The notes beneath the pieces are model-generated. The model did not search any database. It saw nothing but the letters and a program-made list of their open reading frames with translations, and was not told where the DNA came from. DNA of 42,861 nucleotides, taken from Haliangiales bacterium. GTDB taxonomy: Bacteria > Myxococcota_A > Polyangia > Haliangiales > Haliangiaceae. This document shows positions 1 to 8,647 of the stretch, one piece after another. The stretch's first letter is position 1; each line of letters opens with the position of its first letter. Made by a program: the position numbers and the translations under genes. The stretch spans positions 1 through 42,861 of the forward strand of contig JBBRED010000025.1 in NCBI GenBank assembly GCA_038203335.1, written 5' to 3'.

Positions 1-2089
1 TCGCCGCCGCCCTTGCGATACGCGCGGAGCGTGTGCTTTCCGGGCGCGAGCTTGGTGATCGTGAATGCACCATCGGTGCTGGTGAGCACCGGCTTGTCCT
101 CGTCGCCCCAGCCCCAGCCGCGCGTCCCCTGCGCGCTCGATTGATTCGCGCCGGCGGCGTCGGACTCGCGCGAGGCGGAGATGAAGGCATCCGAGATCGG
201 GCCGCCGGTGGCATCGACCACGGTGCCTTTGATCACGCCGGTCTGTGCCTCGACCACCAGCTTGACCGTCACGGTCTTGCCGACGACGACGGTGACCTTC
301 TCGCCCTGCTCGGCGTCGTCGGTGGTGCCGGGCTTGCGCAGCTCGTCGGACCAGCTGCGGCGCGCGAGGACGCGGTAGTCGCCCGCGCGCACCGACTCGA
401 TCAGGAACGAGCCGTCCTCACTCGACTTGATCGGATTGTTGTTCCACCACATGCGCTCGGAGAGCGCGCGGGCATCGACCGTGACGTCGTCCACGGGCGC
501 GCCCTGCGAGTCCACCACCGTGCCCTTGATCGAGCCCCCGTCCTCGACGACGAGGTCCTTCGTGACGGTGGTCGCGTCCGGAACCACCACCTGGTAGTCC
601 TCGCGCGGCGCCACGCCCTTGTCGGTCTCGATCGAGAGCTTGTAGGTGGCCGCCTTCAGATCGCGCAGCTCGTAGCTGCCATCCGCCTGGGTGCGATCGC
701 CGGCCCACGCCATCTTCGCGCGCACGTCACCGCCGGTGTTGCGCGCGCTGATCTGCGCATCGGCGATCGGCGTGCCGGTCTTGGTGGTCAGCTTGCCGCG
801 GACCATCGATCCCGCCTCGACGAGCCACGTCTGATCGACGATGTCCTTGCCCTCGACGACGATCGGCGGGTACTTGTCCTTCGCGCGATAGCCGTCGCAG
901 TTGACCTGCGCGGTGTACGTGCCCGCGAGCACGCCGTCAGCGTGGATCGTGCCGTCGTCCTCGGTGATCGCGGTGACCCAGCGATCGTGGACCTCGTCGC
1001 GGAACCACGCGGAGCCCTCGACGCAGAGCTTGGGCGGCGTGCCCTCGATCATCACCTTGCCGACGATGCGCGAGGCGGGGAACAGCTTGACCACCACGCC
1101 GTCGACCTGCTGGCCGAGGCCGACGAGGATGGAGCCCTCGGTGCGACCGTAGCCGTGATCGGTGCGCGCGCTCGCGACGTAGCGCCCCGGCGGGAGGCGG
1201 TGGACCTTGAACTTGCCCTCGGCGTCGGACTTGTCGCCCTCGCGCCCGTCCCAGCTCCACTGCGTGGATTCGACGGAGACCTTCGCGCCCTCGATCGGCT
1301 TGCCGCTCACGGCATCGATGACGATGCCCGACAGGCCCGACTCGGGCGTCAGCAGCAGATCGATCTTGCCCGGCGCGCGGCCCATCTCCGACGTGCCCGC
1401 GTAGCCATCGGCGCTGGCCTGCACGCGCACGGCGCCCGGCGAGACCCACAGCGAGTACACGCCCTTGTCGTCGGTCTCGATCATCGGTGCGCCATCGCCC
1501 TGACCCCAGCGGCCGCCGGTGGCGCGGATCTGTGCGTGAGCGATCGGACCGCCGCTGATGTCGGAGACGGTGCCGTGGATCTCGGCGCCGCCGGCGCGCA
1601 TCACGAAATCGATGCCCGTGCGCGCCTCGCCGGGCTTGAGCTTGATGGTCGATGACTTGAACCGGCTGTCGTCCTGATGCCAGGTCACCGGACGATACGG
1701 CTTGCCGCCGGCCTTCGCGGCGTAGTTCGCCGCGAACAGCTGCTCGAACTTGAACGCGCCCTGCGCGTCGCTGACCTTGCAGATCGGATCGCGCTGGAGC
1801 TCCTCGGGGAGCTCGTTCGACCACGGATCGATGCAGACGCGGATCCCGGCGAGCGGCGCCTTTGCCTCGTCGCGCACGGTGCCCGCGATCGAGCCGCGCG
1901 GCTGCTTCTGCGGATCGGGCTTCTTCACGACCTCGTGGCCGACGCTGCCGCCCGGTGCGACCTTCGCGGTGGACGTCGGGCCTGCGGTGTCGTCGGTGCG
2001 ATCGTCCGCGCCGTGCCGTCGCCAGAGGAATACGACGATGGCGATCACGAGGACGCCAACCGCCACACCAAGCCACTTCCTGGTCGTCA
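1..2089 (-). CDS. Membrane-anchored protein built from repeated CarboxypepD_reg (carboxypeptidase regulatory-like / transthyretin-fold) domains; C-terminus lies beyond the window start
   Basis: The ORF track does not list it because no stop codon falls inside the window. Hand translation of the minus strand from ATG at 2089 gives MTTRKWLGVAVGVLVIAIVVFLWRR (N-terminal TM anchor), then repeated ...GTVxDxxGxPxxxAxV... modules such as GSIAGTVRDEAKAPLAGIRVCID, HGTVSDISGGPIAHAQIRATGG, SGIVIDAVSGKPIEGAKVSVES and KGTVVDSQGAPVDDVTVDA. This is a clear paralogue of the 943-aa protein at 8648-11479. GC3 is very high and Arg content low. Confidence 0.8.
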
Positions 2090-2191
2090 TCGGAGTGATG
2101 CTACGACAGACCGACCCAAGCGCCGGTTGCATTCCGGTGTCACGTCCGATCGAGGGCCGATCGCGGTCAGGGCTGCGCAACCGAAGCGGAA

Positions 2192-3046
2192 TCAGCCGAG
2201 AACGCGGTTGTCGATCAGCCGCGTGGTGCCCACGAACACCGCCATCGCGAGCACGGCGCGGCGATCCACACGATCGATCGGCGACAGCTCGTCGGCATCG
2301 CTCAGCGAGACGTAGTCGATCCGCGCGAGCGACTCGGCTTCGATCGGGGATCGTGCAGCGGTGACGAGCGCGGCCGCCGATCGCTCGCCGGTTCGATACA
2401 GCGCCTCGGCCGCGGCGAGGCCGCGCGAGAGCGCGAGGGCGGCGACGCGCTGTTCTCCGGAGAGGTACGCGTTGCGCGATGACAGCGCGAGCCCATCGAT
2501 CTCGCGCACGATCGGCACGCCCTGGATCTCGAGATCGAAGTCGAGGTCGCGGACCATGCGACGGATGATCGCGAGCTGCTGATAGTCCTTCTCGCCGAAC
2601 ACCGCGAGGTGCGGCTTCGTGATGTGGAACAGCTTCGCGACGATCGTGGCGACGCCGGCGAAGTGACCGGGCCGGCTCTCGCCCTCGAGCGGCTTCTGCA
2701 GCTCGCGCACCTCGATGAACGTCTGGCTGCCCTTCGCGTACATCGCGTCGGCGCCCGGGCAGAACGCGAGGTCGATGCCGGCGGGGCGCGCCTTCTCGAG
2801 ATCACCGGCCTCGTCGCGCGGGTAGCGCGAGAGATCCTCCTTCGGTCCGAACTGCGTCGGGTTGACGAAGATGGTCAGGATCACCACGTCGGCGCGCGCG
2901 CGTGCGTGGCGAACCAGAGCGAGGTGCCCCTCGTGCAGCGCGCCCATCGTGGGCACCACGGCGATCTTCTTGCCGTCGCGGCGAAGGTCCTCGGCGCGCG
3001 CGCGCATCGCGGCGGGCTCGCGAAAGATCTCGAACGGGATGTTCAC
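2192..3046 (-). CDS. panC: Pantoate--beta-alanine ligase (pantothenate synthetase)
   Basis: 284 aa. The conserved PanC N-terminal motif PTMGALHEGHLALV (HIGH-type nucleotidylyltransferase signature) is present, with FVNPTQFGPKEDLSRYPRD and FGEKDYQQL; length is typical for PanC. Confidence 0.9.
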   Translation of the reverse strand: MNIPFEIFREPAAMRARAEDLRRDGKKIAVVPTMGALHEGHLALVRHARARADVVILTIFVNPTQFGPKEDLSRYPRDEAGDLEKARPAGIDLAFCPGADAMYAKGSQTFIEVRELQKPLEGESRPGHFAGVATIVAKLFHITKPHLAVFGEKDYQQLAIIRRMVRDLDFDLEIQGVPIVREIDGLALSSRNAYLSGEQRVAALALSRGLAAAEALYRTGERSAAALVTAARSPIEAESLARIDYVSLSDADELSPIDRVDRRAVLAMAVFVGTTRLIDNRVLG

Positions 3047-3068
3047 GCGGCGATGCTACCGCGACGGG

Positions 3069-3986
3069 CTAGCAGCGCGCGGCTTCGGTGCAGTCCTGAA
3101 ACGTCCCCATCATCGACAGGATGTCGGCCTGGGAGCTCATCGTGGCGTCGCACGGCATCGCATCGATCCGCTCGATGCAACGCTGGGCCGCCGCACAGCT
3201 CGGTGCCGGCATCGGGCCGAACGCCTGGGACAGGGTCGAGCAGAACGGCGCGAGCGCGGAGTTGCCACAGCTCGTCATCCGGGTGCACGCGTGCTCGAAC
3301 ACGCTGAACATGATGCCGTTGCCGAGCATGTTCATGCCGGCGTTCGGCTGGGCGTTCGGGCTCAATGGATCCTTTGCCGGATCGGGCGGATCGATGTTCG
3401 CCTGATCGTCCGGATCGGGCTTCGCGCTCCACGGATCGGTGCCGTTCGCGGGCGGTTGCCCCGGCTTGCCCGGGGTCACCATCGAGCCCTGCGGCGGCAG
3501 CGGATTCGTATCCATGCGCTCCGGCGCCGGCGGCGGCGCGAGGCGCGTGTCGGCCTTTGCGGTGGACGACGCCGGCCACACCATCAGCACGACCGCGGCG
3601 GCGATCGCGAGCGCGGCGATGATGATGACGAGCACCGGCCAGTTCCTGAGCAGCGAGCCCTTCGACGTCTGCACCGGCATACGGCCGCTCTCGCGCGGTG
3701 GCAGGATCGGCGCCGGCTCGGCGGCGGCGGCCGCGATCGATCGGACCGGCGACAGCTTGGAAGGCACCGGGGTGGCATCTGCCCGCACGGGGACGCGGGC
3801 CGTGCCACCTCCTGCCAGAGCGGGCAGCGAGGCCGCGGCGGCGGGCCGGGCGCCACGCGCGTCGGCGAGATCGGCCTTGCAGTGCTTGCAGCGGCCCGCG
3901 ATCGGGTGGACCAGGCCACCGCACTGCGGGCACGCGATACGTCCGTCGGAAGGGCTGCTCTTCGCCACCGCTGCCATGATGTTCAT
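3069..3986 (-). CDS. Hypothetical membrane protein: N-terminal zinc-ribbon (CPQCGG...CKHCK), one TM helix, Pro-rich linker and a Cys-rich C-terminal domain
   Basis: ORF 3069-4028. The start is probably an internal Met (MNIMAAV at 3986, or 3977), because a start at 4028 would overlap the divergent metallophosphoesterase start. The composition is real-looking (K, D, N, Q, M). Features seen are the CxxC...CxxC zinc ribbon, the TM segment WPVLVIIIAALAIAAAVVLMVW, a P-rich region and about 10 Cys in the last 90 aa. Confidence 0.55.
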   Translation of the reverse strand: MNIMAAVAKSSPSDGRIACPQCGGLVHPIAGRCKHCKADLADARGARPAAAASLPALAGGGTARVPVRADATPVPSKLSPVRSIAAAAAEPAPILPPRESGRMPVQTSKGSLLRNWPVLVIIIAALAIAAAVVLMVWPASSTAKADTRLAPPPAPERMDTNPLPPQGSMVTPGKPGQPPANGTDPWSAKPDPDDQANIDPPDPAKDPLSPNAQPNAGMNMLGNGIMFSVFEHACTRMTSCGNSALAPFCSTLSQAFGPMPAPSCAAAQRCIERIDAMPCDATMSSQADILSMMGTFQDCTEAARC

Positions 3987-4021
3987 GCTGTCAGGAGATC
4001 GGGGTAGATGCAAAGGCGGCA

Positions 4022-4852
4022 TTGCCAAGGTGGTTCACGGACCGCACAGTGCAAGCCATGGCCGGACCGGTTCCGCCGCGCGTCTCCGAGCACGAAGTGG
4101 TGGTCCCGGGGCTCGATCCCCGCCACGACGGCGTGCGCATCGCGCAGCTCTCCGACATCCACGTCGGAAATCTCACACCTCCATCGCACATCCGCGCGGC
4201 CATCTCTGCAGCCAACGCGGCGAAGCCAGACCTTATTCTGCTGACCGGGGACTACGTCTGCTGGAAGCGGCGCGAGGTCGCCGAGGCTGCGGAGCAGCTC
4301 GCCGGCCTCGATGCACCGCGGGTGCTCGCGGTGCTCGGCAACCACGACTACTTCGTGTGGGCCGGCGGCGTCACCCAGGCGCTCGAGCGCAACGGCTACG
4401 AGGTGCTGAAGAACCAGACCACGGTCGCGAACGTGCGCGGCGCGCCTCTCGCGATGGTCGGCGTCGACGATCCTGTCACGCGCCACGATGATCTCGATCT
4501 CGCGTTCGCGGGTGCGCCGGCGAAGACCACGCGCATCGTGCTGTGCCACGGCCCGGATCGCGCGCCCGCGATCGCCGCGCGCGGCGCCGCGCTGGTGATG
4601 TCGGGGCACACGCACGGCGGGCAGATGTTCGTGAAGGGCATCACCGATCGGCTGATGGCGCGGATCGGGCTCAAGTATCGCCGCGGCCTCTACGAGGTGG
4701 GCGAGGGCACCGCGAGGTCGCAGCTCTACGTCACTCCCGGCGTCGGATTCTCCGGGGTTACCCGGCGGTTCGGCGAAGGCACACATGCAGAGTGCGCGGT
4801 GATCACCCTGCGCTGCGCGGATCGGGAACAAACGGTTCGGGCCGCAGGGTAA
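4022..4852 (+). CDS. Calcineurin-like metallophosphoesterase
   Basis: 276 aa. Classic metallophosphoesterase motifs: DIHVG (motif I), LTGDYV (GD motif II), GNHDY (GNHD motif III), and MSGHTHGGQ (GHxH motif). The start may instead be the Met at 4058. Confidence 0.85.
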   Translation: MPRWFTDRTVQAMAGPVPPRVSEHEVVVPGLDPRHDGVRIAQLSDIHVGNLTPPSHIRAAISAANAAKPDLILLTGDYVCWKRREVAEAAEQLAGLDAPRVLAVLGNHDYFVWAGGVTQALERNGYEVLKNQTTVANVRGAPLAMVGVDDPVTRHDDLDLAFAGAPAKTTRIVLCHGPDRAPAIAARGAALVMSGHTHGGQMFVKGITDRLMARIGLKYRRGLYEVGEGTARSQLYVTPGVGFSGVTRRFGEGTHAECAVITLRCADREQTVRAAG

Positions 4853-4885
4853 CGTTCTCGTCCCGCGACGACGCCGACGTCGTGA

Positions 4886-5194
4886 CTACTTGGGGTCGGG
4901 CGACGCGGGCTGCAGCAGGGGCTTCGCCTTGCCCGGCGAGCCAGCGGGCTGCGGCTTCGGCGACATCGGTGCGCCGGTCGATGCATCGCCCGCTTCCTTG
5001 TGGGCGTTCTGCGTGGCCTTCATGTCGTCCATCGCATCGACCTCGTGCGTGCGATCCTCGTCTCCGCCGCTCGCCGGCGGCGCTTCGCCGGTGTTCGCCT
5101 TCGTGTGTGCCGTCGGAGTTTCGGCGAGCTTCTTCTGGCCGGGACCGGCGCACGCGACGAGAACAGCGAGCAAGCTAGTCGTGAATACTCTCAT
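4886..5194 (-). CDS. Small secreted lipoprotein (hypothetical)
   Basis: 102 aa. Signal peptide with lipobox-like MRVFTTSLLAVLVACAG; Lys-, Asp- and Pro-rich low-complexity mature part; real-looking composition with low Arg. Confidence 0.5.
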   Translation of the reverse strand: MRVFTTSLLAVLVACAGPGQKKLAETPTAHTKANTGEAPPASGGDEDRTHEVDAMDDMKATQNAHKEAGDASTGAPMSPKPQPAGSPGKAKPLLQPASPDPK

Positions 5195-5262
5195 GTGATC
5201 ACCGTACCCCTGCGGCAGCCACGGGCAACCGGTTCCAGCGAGAGACGGTCGTAGGGAAACAC

Positions 5263-6414
5263 ATGAGCGCGACGCAGACGTGGAGGTCTGCTTCGCTCGT
5301 CGTGCTGCTCGTCATGTCTCCGGTGGCCGCCTCTGCGGATCCCGACGACGCGACACCTGTGCAGCGCCCGGGCGAAGCTACGGACGACGAGGCACCAGCG
5401 CCCACCGAGGCGCCGGCGCCCAGACCGCCGCCGAAACGAAGACCCACCGGTCGGTTCGAGATCGGAGCCGGCTACTCGACCGATGACAAGTTCATCGCGC
5501 GCGCGGAGATCGCGCAGGACAACCTGTTCGGCACCGGGCAGCGGCTCTCGCTGTCCGCGAAGATCTCGGCGCGCGAGCAGCTGTTTCGCGTCGGGTACGA
5601 TCTTCCGCACCTGCTCGGTAGCGATCTCACGCTGCGCACCGAGCTCACCAACCGGCGCGAGCAGCTCCCCGGCTTCGTGCGCTCCGGTGCCGGTGGTGGC
5701 GTCACGCTGGTGCAGCCGCTCGGCGAGCACGTCACCGGCTTCTTCGGCTACCGCGTGGAGCAGGTGACGACGACGATCGATGATCCGATCGCGGCGCGCA
5801 GCGACCTGCCATCGCCGATCACGTCGCGCGATGGACGGATCGCGGCGCTGCGCGGCGGGCTCGCGTACTCGACGCTCGACCAGCCGTACCTGCCCACCAG
5901 AGGCACGTCGCTCGGTGCGTCGATCGAGGTCGCGGATCCGCGCTGGGGCTCGGAGATGCAGCTCACCCGGTTCGACGGGTGGGCGAGCCTGCACCAGGCG
6001 CTCGGGCCGTTCATCGCGCATCTCGGTGGCTCGGTCTCGACGGTGACCAGCCGCGATGCGGGAGGGGTTCCGCTCTCGGAGCGCCTCCACCTCGATGGGT
6101 CGAGCGTGGTCCGCGGCTTCGCGCCCGGCTCGCTCGGTCCGCGCGACGGCGCGACCGGGCTCTCGCTCGGCGGCAACTTCGAGTACACCGCGCGCGGCGA
6201 GCTCGAGGCTCCGCTGATCCGCTCCGCCGGCATCTCCGCGGTCGGCTTTCTCGACCACGGCGGCATCTACGATCGCAGCGGTGCGGGCTCGAGCGGAACG
6301 TCGGTCGGGGTCGGTCTGATCTGGCGCTCGCCGATCGGCCCGCTCCGGTTCGACTGGGCGTTCCCGATCGGCGGTGACAGCTCGCCGCACTTCGTGTTCG
6401 GGCTCGGGCCCTAG
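5263..6414 (+). CDS. Omp85/BamA-family (bacterial surface antigen D15) outer-membrane beta-barrel protein lacking POTRA domains
   Basis: 383 aa. Signal peptide MSATQTWRSASLVVLLVMSPVAASA. The barrel-start motif RFEIGAGYSTDDKFIARAEIAQDNLFGTGQRLSLSA is typical of the Omp85 C-terminal domain. The C-terminal end ...RFDWAFPIGGDSSPHFVFGLGP has an aromatic terminal region. The protein is too short to carry POTRA repeats. Confidence 0.75.
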   Translation: MSATQTWRSASLVVLLVMSPVAASADPDDATPVQRPGEATDDEAPAPTEAPAPRPPPKRRPTGRFEIGAGYSTDDKFIARAEIAQDNLFGTGQRLSLSAKISAREQLFRVGYDLPHLLGSDLTLRTELTNRREQLPGFVRSGAGGGVTLVQPLGEHVTGFFGYRVEQVTTTIDDPIAARSDLPSPITSRDGRIAALRGGLAYSTLDQPYLPTRGTSLGASIEVADPRWGSEMQLTRFDGWASLHQALGPFIAHLGGSVSTVTSRDAGGVPLSERLHLDGSSVVRGFAPGSLGPRDGATGLSLGGNFEYTARGELEAPLIRSAGISAVGFLDHGGIYDRSGAGSSGTSVGVGLIWRSPIGPLRFDWAFPIGGDSSPHFVFGLGP

Positions 6415-6417
6415 CTT

Positions 6418-7170
6418 CTAGGGCGAGCGATGTTCGGCGTACAGCCGCGCGGCGAACGCGCCGGCCACCGAGTCTCGCCACGCGACGAGCTGGGTGCGCG
6501 GCTCGGCGGGAAACTCCTCGGCGGCCGGCAGGCCGAACGGATGCTCGCGCGGCAGGAGGATCGGCGACGCGAGGGCTGCGAACGTCAGATCGGCGACCGT
6601 GAAGCGATCCCCGGTCAGGTACCGGCGACCATCGGCGAGGCGCGCGGCGACGGCGGCGAACGTGTCCTCGATCCTCTGGCGCGAGCGCTCGACGCCCGCG
6701 GCGTCGATCTTGAGGCCGCGCTTGAGCAGCCCCACCGCGATCGGGCGCACGGCCTTGAGCGCGAGCGCCTGCCAGCGCGGAACCCCACGCGTGATCACGT
6801 GATCGAGATCCGTGCGCGGCAACAGGTGGTAGTACGCCCAGCGCCGGGTCGCCGGGCCGAGCTTCTGATCGAAGTCGTCCTCGAGCGCGAGCGCCTCGGT
6901 GCGCCGCTCGCCGGTCGGGATCAGCGTGCCCGGCTTGCGCGAATCGGCCCACGCCACGATGCGTGACGAGTCGGTGATCAACAGATCGCCGTCGACCACG
7001 ACCGGTACGGTGCGGCTCGCACCGGCGCGCCGGTTCGCGAGGTAGTGGAACAGCGGCAGATGCCCGTCCTCCTCGTACCTCACGTTGCACCGATCGAGCG
7101 CCCAGCGCGCCTTCTCGCAGTAGTGCGAGAACGGGATCGTGATCAGGCGGGTGGTTACTTTTTCCGGCAC
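6418..7170 (-). CDS. Glutathione S-transferase family protein
   Basis: 250 aa. Thioredoxin-like N-domain (ITIPFSHYCEKARWAL ... VPVVVDGDLLITDSSRIVAW) followed by a helical C-domain; GST-like length and layout. Confidence 0.8.
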   Translation of the reverse strand: MPEKVTTRLITIPFSHYCEKARWALDRCNVRYEEDGHLPLFHYLANRRAGASRTVPVVVDGDLLITDSSRIVAWADSRKPGTLIPTGERRTEALALEDDFDQKLGPATRRWAYYHLLPRTDLDHVITRGVPRWQALALKAVRPIAVGLLKRGLKIDAAGVERSRQRIEDTFAAVAARLADGRRYLTGDRFTVADLTFAALASPILLPREHPFGLPAAEEFPAEPRTQLVAWRDSVAGAFAARLYAEHRSP

Positions 7171-7472
7171 ACCTGGCCCGGACCGTCTGCGATCGTGATG
7201 CAGCCGAGGCCGGTGGGGCAGCCTTCCTTGCCGTCGCAGCGAATCTCACAGCTCGAGAACTGCGGCCCCCTCGGACCGGCGATGCCGTAGTACTTCACGC
7301 ACTCGAGCGGAGCTCCGCACGTGCCCTCGGCGCTGCACGGCGAGCCGGGCTCGGCGGCGGCGGGCGCGGGCGTCGGCGTGGGATCGGGCGTGGGCGCGGG
7401 CGTGGGCGTCGGCGCGGGTGTCGGGGCACCGCTGCACGCGGCGATGAAGCAGAGGAGGGCGAGGCGGTTCAT
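7155..7472 (-). CDS. Small Cys-rich lipoprotein with a Pro/Thr linker
   Basis: The real start is taken as the internal Met at 7472 (MNRLALLCFIAACSG is a lipoprotein signal with lipobox). It is followed by the linker APTPAPTPTPAPTPDPTPTPAP and a 7-Cys domain. It lies between the kinase gene and the GST gene on the same strand. Confidence 0.55.
   Translation of the reverse strand: MNRLALLCFIAACSGAPTPAPTPTPAPTPDPTPTPAPAAAEPGSPCSAEGTCGAPLECVKYYGIAGPRGPQFSSCEIRCDGKEGCPTGLGCITIADGPGQVCRKK
7353..7427. repeat. Tandem imperfect hexanucleotide repeat (GGCGYG)n encoding the Pro-Thr linker on the minus strand
   Basis: Direct reading: ggcgggcgcgggcgtcggcgtgggatcgggcgtgggcgcgggcgtgggcgtcggcgcgggtgtcgggg. 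Confidence 0.5.
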
Positions 7473-7489
7473 GGCGCAACGGTACGCGA

Positions 7490-8632
<1,143 letters not shown>

Positions 8633-8647
8633 GCGCGCTTGATAGCA

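Noticed and set aside
33-1655. 540-aa plus-strand ORF (and 937-2076 minus, 379 aa) at the left end
   Set aside because: Extremely Arg/Ala/Gly/Asp-rich low-complexity translations, typical of shadow frames in about 71% GC DNA. The real gene is the minus-strand CarboxypepD_reg gene in another frame, which runs off the window.
4867-4883. Short hairpin ACGACG-CCGA-CGTCGT between the convergent metallophosphoesterase and lipoprotein genes, as a possible bidirectional terminator
   Set aside because: Only a 6-bp stem with no U-tract. Such GC hairpins are expected by chance at this GC content.
5191-7249. Long ORFs 5191-6390 (minus), 6011-7249 (minus), 5979-6377 (plus)
   Set aside because: Arg-rich junk antisense to, or out of frame with, the Omp85 and GST genes.
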